Shown here piece after piece: positions 7,619 through 13,772 of a stretch of 18,434 nucleotides of DNA (positions are counted from its first letter, which is position 1; every line of letters starts with the position of its first letter). Below the pieces are notes generated by a model, which did not search any database, was not told the DNA's origin, and saw nothing but the letters and a program-made list of their open reading frames with translations. Both the position numbers and the translations under genes were made by a program. Source of the DNA: Candidatus Iainarchaeum sp. (GTDB lineage: Archaea; Iainarchaeota; Iainarchaeia; Iainarchaeales; GCA-2688035); NCBI GenBank assembly GCA_028713935.1, contig JAQTNI010000027.1:1-18434 (forward strand). The letters are read 5' to 3'.

Positions 7619-8895
7619 GTTTCACTGCCCATTATTTTTTCAGAGATTTTTATTTCTTCAAGCGCTTCGTTTTTTTCGCTTGTTTTTTTGTCATTTTTTT
7701 TTCTTTCGCTGAAAATGACGCCTGCACTGGTTATTATGTTTGAAAACAGGATTATCAAAAAAACTATTTGAATTGTTTGTGTTGCAAAATCAATCTGGAG
7801 GCCAGCACTTAAAGGATAAGATGCAAGGACTGCCGCTGCAAGGCCGCGCGGCATCATTATTGAAATTGCCTTGTTATCACTTGAATCTTTTTTGGATGCC
7901 TTGTAAAGCAGTTTTGTTATTGCAGTTCTTGCAAGCAGAAGAGCAATTGCAATGCCAATTGAAACCAGGATAACAAAGCTTGTTACCATGGACAGTTCAA
8001 AAATTATTCCAATATAAATAAAGAAAAATGTTCGAATAAAAAAAGATATTTCTTTTTGGAACAAAGAAATGTTTGTGTCTAGAGTAATTGGTTTCATTCG
8101 CAAAAAGTTCATTATTGCCCACGAGTTTCCTAAAACTAATCCGAAGGCAAGTGCTGCAATTGCCCCGTTGCTTTTTACGAATTCTGCTATGAAAAAGACT
8201 GAAAAAAGAACTGCGATTGTCAAGATATATTCCATTTCTTTTATTGTTTTTATGTCGCGCAATAGTTTCATCCAGATTATTGCTGCAATTGCCCCAATGC
8301 CTATTGCTATTAGAAATGCGCCTGCAATGCTGTGGCTTATTTGTTGCGCGTCTATTGTTGAACTAAGCACGATTTCGATTAAAACAATTGTAACAATTAT
8401 GCATAAAGCATCTGTGAATGCTGATTCAAGATTTAACAATATTTTTGTTTCAGGTTTTACATTCATTCTTTCTATTAATGACAAGACTATTGCACTGCTT
8501 GTGCCGCCAATTATTGCGCCAAGAATCAGGCCGTAAAGAAGAGGCCATCCAACAGCAAGCATTGTAAGTGAAACCACTGTAATGCTTGCCAAAAAAACCA
8601 GGATAATGAAAACAAAGGCAAACCTTAGTTCATGAATAACCTTGAAAAAATTCATTTTCAAGCCGCTTTCAAACAAGAGCATTATTAAAACAAGAGCAGC
8701 CAGAAAAGGCGCAAGTTCACGTATCAATGCAATTGTCTGAAAATCAATTAATTGAAAAACAGGCCCTATCAACAAGCCCAAAATCATCAATAGTAGGACA
8801 TCTGACAATTTTGTTTTTTTAAAAACAAGCATGCCAATAAAGCCAGAAAAAATAACCAGTGCTATAATCAAAAGAATTGTTTCAGTGCCAAACAA
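7615..8895 (-). CDS. Cation:proton antiporter, CPA1/NhaP-like
   Basis: 426 aa, polytopic. The N-terminus ILLIIALVIFSGFIGMLVFKKTKLSDVLLLMILGLLIGP and the segment LNLESAFTDALCIIV are typical of the Na+(K+)/H+ exchanger fold. It has a TTG start and no upstream extension is possible because of a TGA at 8905-8907. Confidence 0.85.
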   Translation of the reverse strand: MFGTETILLIIALVIFSGFIGMLVFKKTKLSDVLLLMILGLLIGPVFQLIDFQTIALIRELAPFLAALVLIMLLFESGLKMNFFKVIHELRFAFVFIILVFLASITVVSLTMLAVGWPLLYGLILGAIIGGTSSAIVLSLIERMNVKPETKILLNLESAFTDALCIIVTIVLIEIVLSSTIDAQQISHSIAGAFLIAIGIGAIAAIIWMKLLRDIKTIKEMEYILTIAVLFSVFFIAEFVKSNGAIAALAFGLVLGNSWAIMNFLRMKPITLDTNISLFQKEISFFIRTFFFIYIGIIFELSMVTSFVILVSIGIAIALLLARTAITKLLYKASKKDSSDNKAISIMMPRGLAAAVLASYPLSAGLQIDFATQTIQIVFLIILFSNIITSAGVIFSERKKNDKKTSEKNEALEEIKISEKIMGSET

Positions 8896-9058
8896 AAAAT
8901 CACTTCAAAAATTGTTGATAAAATTAATGCCTTCATCATATTAAAATTTAACCCAAAAAACACTGTTAACAGAAAAGAAAGCAAAAAATGCGCATTCTGC
9001 CAAACAACAAGATCAATTACCATGATTAATTAACTTGGACGTTTCCTTTCTTTTTTGG

Positions 9059-9871
9059 TTAAAATGTCTCAAAATGTCGCACTTTTTTGTCAGGTTCTTT
9101 CAAACCATGCATGCGCAAAATAGCATCATCAACCTGCTTGCCAGACAAGTGAACATATTGCGCAGCCATTTTTGATTCCTGCACCCAGCCAAAATATTCT
9201 TTTAGTTGTGCTTCAGTCAAAAACTGGGCCATGTACGTTGCTCTTGAATGCCGAAAATGATGCGGATTAACAGGCTTTTGAATTTTTGCTCTTGTACCAC
9301 TTTTTTTTAAAACAGCAACCATGTTTCTATGGTGCATTCTTCCGGCAAATGTTTTTTCAATGTTCACGAAAGCAAAAGCATTTGGGTTTCCTCTTTCTGG
9401 ATGCTGATTTATCCATTCCAAGAGATTTGGTGCTGAATTTACGAGTCTTACTCTTCTCATGCCGGTTTTTCCATCAACAAGAATTTTGCAGCCGAACTCG
9501 TCAAAAACAATGTTCTTCAATTGCAGGGTTCCTATTTCTCCAATTCTTGCGCCAGATTCCCATAAAACAGAAATCAAGGCCTTATCGCGCAAATTCAAAG
9601 CATTTTTTTCCATTTCTTTGACATCCTCTTGAGATAACAGGCTTTCAGGCAGTTTATGCGAATGTTTGTTAGTGCTCTTAAACCAAGCAACACAAGCAGG
9701 ATAACCCTTGCCCTTGTTAAGCCACTTGTAAAAAACCTTCAAAACTTCCTTGTATGTGTCCAGTGTTGAGGGAGATTTTTTTTGTTCTTTTAATAAGCCA
9801 ACAAACCTTTGAAAATCTTCTACAGTAGCTGCTTCAAAATCCTTTTTCAAGAAAAGGCTGACAATTTTCAA
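9059..9871 (-). CDS. Tyrosine recombinase / archaeal integrase (core-binding and catalytic part)
   Basis: Catalytic signature present: WESGARIGEI (Arg), HHFRHSRAT (His-x-x-Arg) and AAQYVHLS (Tyr). The tracked TTG start is really an internal Leu of a longer frame (see 9932-10036). Confidence 0.85.
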   Translation of the reverse strand: MKIVSLFLKKDFEAATVEDFQRFVGLLKEQKKSPSTLDTYKEVLKVFYKWLNKGKGYPACVAWFKSTNKHSHKLPESLLSQEDVKEMEKNALNLRDKALISVLWESGARIGEIGTLQLKNIVFDEFGCKILVDGKTGMRRVRLVNSAPNLLEWINQHPERGNPNAFAFVNIEKTFAGRMHHRNMVAVLKKSGTRAKIQKPVNPHHFRHSRATYMAQFLTEAQLKEYFGWVQESKMAAQYVHLSGKQVDDAILRMHGLKEPDKKVRHFETF

Positions 9872-9931
9872 AGAACTAATATGCTTAACAAGCCTGGGGA
9901 TAGAAAGGTCTCTGGGATAATTAAAATTTTA

Positions 9932-10036
9932 AAAATCCAGAATCAGTTTCTTGTTATGAACAGAAACAGGATATTTATCCAAATCCCTGAATTGATGCGC
10001 TAAAATTGTTTCGTAATCGTAAATATATGTTTTCAT
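9932..10036 (-). CDS. 35-codon N-terminal segment of the integrase, separated from the rest by one in-frame TAA (9929-9931)
   Basis: ATG at 10036-10034, preceded by GGAG with a 10-nt spacer. The frame is continuous with 9059-9871 except for the single TAA: MKTYIYDYETILAHQFRDLDKYPVSVHNKKLILDF*NFNYPRDLSIPRLVKHISSLKIVSLF. Confidence 0.55.
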
Positions 10037-10044
10037 ATGCAACA

Positions 10045-10089
10045 CTCTCCTAAACCGAAAAACACTTAAAAACACTCTGTTTAGGAGAG
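10045..10089 (-). promoter_or_regulatory. Perfect 11-bp inverted repeat (CTCTCCTAAAC ... GTTTAGGAGAG, 23-nt spacer) covering the integrase Shine-Dalgarno (SD)
   Basis: Read directly. On the minus strand the 3' arm contains the GGAG that precedes the integrase ATG. The spacer carries a tandem AAAAACACT motif. Confidence 0.45.
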
Positions 10090-10143
10090 AGCTGACATTT
10101 ACTATCAAAGCGGGGTGAGGGAGTTGAACCCCCTTACTCGGCT

Positions 10144-10234
10144 AACCGCTGCAAACAGCGCCCTGCCGGATTTCTTTTTCTTTTGGGCACCTTGCACTTT
10201 TCTTTTTCTTTCCCAAAGAAAGAGAAAAGGGCAG
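10144..10234 (-). other. tRNA-Cys intron (91 nt), BHB-bounded
   Basis: Exon 1 is 10270-10235 (36 nt) and exon 2 is 10143-10109 (35 nt). Boundaries are inferred from manual BHB folding and could be off by 1-2 nt. Confidence 0.65.
10171..10228 (-). repeat. Three-arm Y-R-R element, copy A (inside the tRNA intron)
   Basis: Minus-strand sense: TTTTCTCTTTCTTT-GGG-AAAGAAAAAGAAAA-GTGCAAGGTGCCC-AAAAGAAAAAGAAA. Homologous to 16737-16786. Confidence 0.7.
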
Positions 10235-10274
10235 CTGCAGGCCGGTCCATGACCGTTCTGGCAACCCCGCAAAA

Positions 10275-10313
10275 GCCTTTCGAAGCACTCGCTGATGCTC
10301 GCTTTCGAAAGCC
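10275..10313 (+). repeat. Hairpin repeat H, copy 1 (identical 17-nt core CTCGCTGATGCTCGCTT)
   Basis: GCCTTTCGAAGCA-CTCGCTGATGCTCGCT-TTCGAAAGCC. It directly abuts the tRNA-Cys 5' end and lies ~45 nt downstream of the CDP-alcohol transferase stop. The second copy is at 17244-17287. Confidence 0.7.
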
Positions 10314-10357
10314 TTGGGAAAATTGAATTGTTATTTAATTGGGAATTGGAACTTATT

Positions 10358-10981
10358 TTAATGCTTTTCGCGGCTTTTATCGGCAAATTTTTTTGCCAGC
10401 AGGATTCTTTGCAGCGCTGTTATGTTTGAAAGCACTGCTAAAATAATCAGGACGAAAACCAGGTAAAGCGGGTTTATTACTGCCAGCAGGATTCCAACAA
10501 ACAGGATTATGAGGCGCTCCGCTCTTTCAAGTATTCCGCCTTTCAATTCTTTGCCTTCAATTACCAATTCTTTTTCTTTTGCAGAGGCCTTTGCATAAGT
10601 TGTCATCAGGCTTCCAAAAAAATAAAGGAAAATCCATGCATAGGCTGGAATAAAAAATTCCGGCAGGGAAGCAAACAGCAGGCCAAAAACAATCATTCCT
10701 TCCACATAGCGGTCAACAATTGTGTCCAGATAAGCCCCGAATTTTGAAACAGTGCCTGTAACGCGCGCAACACTTCCATCAACAAGGTCGATTGCCGCGG
10801 AAATAAAAAACAAAATTGCGGCTGCCAAAAATTGCTCTTTAACCAAAAAATAAACAGCAATAATTGCGGGGATTAATGAAACAAGAGTCCATTGGTTTGC
10901 GGAAAGGGGAACTTTGCTGCAAATAACCCCAATTTTAATTGACAATTTGTTGAATTTTTCCCTTTGCCTGTACAAAGTCAT
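10358..10981 (-). CDS. CDP-alcohol phosphatidyltransferase; likely archaetidylinositol-phosphate synthase
   Basis: 207 aa, polytopic. The signature D-x2-D-G-x2-A-R-x8-G-x3-D-x3-D is read in AIDLVDGSVARVTGTVSKFGAYLDTIVDRYVE. It starts 3 nt after the MIPS stop. Confidence 0.8.
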   Translation of the reverse strand: MTLYRQREKFNKLSIKIGVICSKVPLSANQWTLVSLIPAIIAVYFLVKEQFLAAAILFFISAAIDLVDGSVARVTGTVSKFGAYLDTIVDRYVEGMIVFGLLFASLPEFFIPAYAWIFLYFFGSLMTTYAKASAKEKELVIEGKELKGGILERAERLIILFVGILLAVINPLYLVFVLIILAVLSNITALQRILLAKKFADKSREKH

Positions 10982-10983
10982 TT

Positions 10984-12099
10984 TTATCTTTCCCTGCTGC
11001 CCTGAATAAATTCTTCAAGCATCTGCCTTGCAATGTCATCAGGATACTGGATTGGAGGATGCTTCATAAGATAAGCGGAAATAGAGGTTAATGGCCCGGA
11101 AATTTTTCTGTCAAGGGCAATTTTGCATGCGCGGATTGCATCGATTACAACGCCGGCGCTGTTTGGGCTGTCTTCAACGCTTAACCTCAATTCAAGGTTC
11201 ATTGGAATGTCGCCAAACTGGCTTCCTTCAATGCGCAGAAAACAAATTTTTTGGTCAAAAAGCCATGGCACATAATCGCTTGGCCCTACATGAATCAATT
11301 CCCAGGGAAGAGGCGCAGACATATTTGACTGGACTGATTCTGTCTTGGAAATTTTTTTGCTCTTCAGCCTTGCCTGTTCCTTCATGTTCAAAAAATCAGT
11401 GTTGCCCCCAACATTCAATTGGTAAGTGCCGTTGATTTTTATTCCGCGGTCACAGGCAAGCTTTGCCAAAACCCTGTGGACAATTGTGGCGCCCAACTGG
11501 CTTTTCATGTCATCGCCAAGAACAGGCAGGCCCTTTGACTCAAATTTTTTTGCCCACTCTGAATTGGAGGCAATAAAAACAGGCATGCAGTTTATGAAAC
11601 CGCATCCCGCTTCAAGCGCGGCCTGTGCATAAAATTTTGTGGCTTCCTCGCTGCCGACAGGTATGTAATTGACAAGAATTTCTGCGCCGGATTTTTTAAG
11701 CTCGGAAATAACATCAACAGGCTTCTGTTTTTCATCAACCAAAAAAGCCCTGTCTGCTGGCCAGTCAGCCATATGGCTTGCAACCCCATCAAGCACCGGG
11801 CCTTTCTGCACAATCACTTTTTGCTTTGGAATTTTTTTGCAGAAAACCTTTGTGCAATTCGGCTTTTCAAAAATCGCTTCCGAAAGGTCCTTGCCTACTT
11901 TTCTCCTGTCAATGTCAAAAGCGGCTACAAACTTAATGTCGGAAATCTTGTAAGGGCCGAAAACATTGTGCATAAGCCCCGGCACCGGCTCAGCATTTGA
12001 ATCGACATCCTTGTAATAATAAATTCCCTGCAAAAGCGAGGAAAAACAATTCCCAACTCCAGAAACAGCAACCTTAATCTCTCCTGCCAGAAAAACCAC
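10984..12099 (-). CDS. myo-inositol-1-phosphate synthase (archaeal type)
   Basis: 371 aa. It has the N-terminal Rossmann segment KVAVSGVGNCFSSLLQGIYYY, the MKSQLGATIVHRVLA and LNVGGNTDF blocks, and a C-terminus SPNSAGVVIDAIRACK. GTG start. Confidence 0.85.
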   Translation of the reverse strand: MVFLAGEIKVAVSGVGNCFSSLLQGIYYYKDVDSNAEPVPGLMHNVFGPYKISDIKFVAAFDIDRRKVGKDLSEAIFEKPNCTKVFCKKIPKQKVIVQKGPVLDGVASHMADWPADRAFLVDEKQKPVDVISELKKSGAEILVNYIPVGSEEATKFYAQAALEAGCGFINCMPVFIASNSEWAKKFESKGLPVLGDDMKSQLGATIVHRVLAKLACDRGIKINGTYQLNVGGNTDFLNMKEQARLKSKKISKTESVQSNMSAPLPWELIHVGPSDYVPWLFDQKICFLRIEGSQFGDIPMNLELRLSVEDSPNSAGVVIDAIRACKIALDRKISGPLTSISAYLMKHPPIQYPDDIARQMLEEFIQGSRER

Positions 12100-12286
12100 C
12101 TATTTACAAACTGCATAATATTTTACAACCATAAAACATTGTAAATAATTGGTATTTTATGCTTATAAAACTATCTGAGAGCGCAGTATTTACATCCAAA
12201 AGTTCGACAAAAGAAGAATTGCTGTTCGTATTACTGGTTTTTAATTGTGATTGGGTTTTAAGTTTTTTACCTTTAGGGTTCCCATT

Positions 12287-13579
12287 TTAATCACGTGGCC
12301 CATTTTCCAACATCCATTTCCAAGTTGGCATTATTGTTATTTTTTTTCCGGAAACGGCAATTTTTTCTTCCTGGTCGTTTGTTAGTATTATTCCTTTTTT
12401 TAGTTTGAATTTGTTCATTGTTTCTATTAAGCCAGCCATTTCCCGTTCTCTGTTTTCAGGAGTTAGCTTCCATGTTGCTTGAATTGCTTCAACAATCTGG
12501 TTTCCTTGTTTTATTACAAAATCACACTCTTTTGTTTCACTTGAGTAATAAATATCTTTTGACCTTCTTTTGAGTTCTATTGCGACAAGGTTTTCAAGCA
12601 TTTTCCCTTCATTATCACTGAAGCGAAAACCCAAAGCAGTAATTAAACCGTTGTCAATGCAATACAATTTTCTTGGATTTTGAATTTGTTTTTTTATGGA
12701 AAAATCAAATTTTGGCAGGAAAAAAAACAAGAAAGAATTTTCAAAAGCATTTAAGACTTTTTTAACGCTTAATAAATTTGTTATGCCCATTAATTCTCCG
12801 GCCTTTCTAGAACTAATCTTTCCAGATGGATTCGAAAGAAAGTAAGACGATAATTCTTTCACTGGTTTTTCCAAATTGGCCCCTAATCTTGCTATCACGT
12901 CACGATAAAGAATGTTTTCGTATAGTTCTCTCAAAATTGTTTCATCCCCAGAAAGAACCATTTTTGGAAAACCGCCTGTTTTATAGTATTCCAAAAAAGC
13001 GCGTCGTATTAGCGCTTGTTTTTTTGCATCAAGCAAATAATTTTCCGTCTTAATTTTTTTGGCAAACAAAAATTCTTTGAAACTGAATGGCTCTAAATGA
13101 AGATTAATGCTTCTGCCCGTAAGGGTGCTTGCTATTTCCTTGCTCAAAAGCTTTGAATTGGAACCGGTTATAATTATTGGGTGTTTTTCTTTCAATCTGT
13201 TAACCCATTTTTCCCAGTGCTCGGCTTCCTGAACTTCATCAATAAACAAAAAGCATTTTTCAGAATATTTATTTTCAATTAAAAAATCTTCAATTTTTTG
13301 AAAGTCGCTATGTTCAAAACCTATTAACCGTTCATCGCTGAAATCCACAAAAAGACAGCTCCCTTTGCTTAATTTGAGTTCATCTCTAATCAGAACCATT
13401 AGTGATGATTTTCCGCAACGCCGCACCCCAGTTATTATGAGAGGCAATTTGAGTTTCAATAAAGAAAGCATTTTAGAAACCGCTTCTCTACGAATAAGAT
13501 TTTGAGGGCCAAAAAACTGGTTCTGTTGGCTTGAAAGCACCACATACAAAGAGTTTCTGTCCATACCAATAATGTTCAC
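12287..13579 (-). CDS. AAA_14 ATPase with DUF4143-type C-terminal region carrying a PD-(D/E)xK-like motif
   Basis: 430 aa. Walker A is ITGVRRCGKSSL and Walker B is FLFIDEVQ. The C-terminus ENLVAIEL...ECDFVIKQGNQIVEAIQATWK is read as a possible E...D...E-x-K nuclease-like signature (inference). Confidence 0.8.
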   Translation of the reverse strand: MNIIGMDRNSLYVVLSSQQNQFFGPQNLIRREAVSKMLSLLKLKLPLIITGVRRCGKSSLMVLIRDELKLSKGSCLFVDFSDERLIGFEHSDFQKIEDFLIENKYSEKCFLFIDEVQEAEHWEKWVNRLKEKHPIIITGSNSKLLSKEIASTLTGRSINLHLEPFSFKEFLFAKKIKTENYLLDAKKQALIRRAFLEYYKTGGFPKMVLSGDETILRELYENILYRDVIARLGANLEKPVKELSSYFLSNPSGKISSRKAGELMGITNLLSVKKVLNAFENSFLFFFLPKFDFSIKKQIQNPRKLYCIDNGLITALGFRFSDNEGKMLENLVAIELKRRSKDIYYSSETKECDFVIKQGNQIVEAIQATWKLTPENREREMAGLIETMNKFKLKKGIILTNDQEEKIAVSGKKITIMPTWKWMLENGPRD

Positions 13580-13601
13580 CGAACAAAATATAAACCTTTC
13601 T

Positions 13602-13648
13602 AAAGTGATACAAAAAAAGCATCACTTTTTGTTAAAAGTGATACAAAA
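13602..13648. repeat. AAAGTGAT(ACAAAA) motif present three times (direct, inverted, direct) in the divergent intergenic region
   Basis: AAAGTGATACAAAA at 13602-13615 and 13635-13648. ATCACTTT at 13621-13628 can pair with either copy. Confidence 0.5.
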
Positions 13649-13683
13649 TGAGTGCCAATTATTGCTCATTATATTGAGCAACA

Positions 13684-13701
13684 ATGCGTAATATTGCACA
13701 T
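13684..13701. promoter_or_regulatory. Imperfect palindrome ATGCGTAATATTGCACAT; PadR-box-like candidate operator
   Basis: 14 of 18 positions are self-complementary around AATATT. The ATG./.CAT ends resemble the ATGT-N8-ACAT-type half-sites known for PadR regulators. It lies ~80 nt upstream of the PadR ATG. Confidence 0.3.
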
Positions 13702-13772
13702 TACAATGCACACATAAGATGATAGTATTTGCCGCCATTTTATGCTTTTAAAGGTTTCGGCTTTTCTTTTTC

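Larger units (their letters stand above)
149..10119 (-). mobile_element. Candidate ~10-kb integrated island bounded by tRNA-Cys and a short repeat of its 3' end
   Basis: The integrase sits next to the tRNA 3' end, inside the interval. There is an 11-nt direct repeat at both ends. The cargo is accessory-type transport and osmolyte genes. The repeat is short and the integrase carries an in-frame stop, so confidence is low. Confidence 0.3.
10109..10270 (-). tRNA. tRNA-Cys (GCA) with a 91-nt canonical 37/38 intron; no encoded CCA
   Basis: Acceptor GCGGGGT/ACCCCGC, discriminator U73 (a Cys identity element), and a D-loop with GG. The anticodon arm is CCGGC-CUGCAG(A)-GCCGA. The T-arm is GGGGG-TTCAACT-CCCTC. 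The BHB fits as follows. Helix H is C32-C35 (CUGC) paired with GCGG. The two bulges are AG|C and UU|A. Helix h' is UGC/GCA. Confidence 0.85.

Noticed and set aside
8069-8536. 155-aa plus-strand ORF inside the antiporter.
   Set aside because: It is antisense to a well-supported polytopic transporter. It is typical AT-rich shadow frame.
8956-10076. AAAAACACT motif on both sides of the integrase (8956-8964, 10058-10066, 10068-10076) as arm-type binding sites.
   Set aside because: An A-rich 9-mer in AT-rich DNA is likely to recur by chance. Only the tandem pair inside the 10045-10089 hairpin is noted.
10144-10234. Intron-encoded box C/D sRNA, as in some archaeal tRNA-Trp introns.
   Set aside because: There is no RUGAUGA or CUGA box pair in the intron. 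It is dominated by the Y-R-R arms.
10105-10386. 93-aa minus-strand ORF.
   Set aside because: It is fully explained by tRNA-Cys, its intron repeat and hairpin H1. It is open only because this segment is locally GC-rich.
892-13579. Genome-wide reassignment of TAA to a sense codon.
   Set aside because: At least six well-delimited genes (stops at 892, 5180, 9059, 10358, 10984 and 12287) end at TAA. What follows them is non-coding or a convergent gene. For example, reading past the ATPase TAA runs into the opposite-strand gene.
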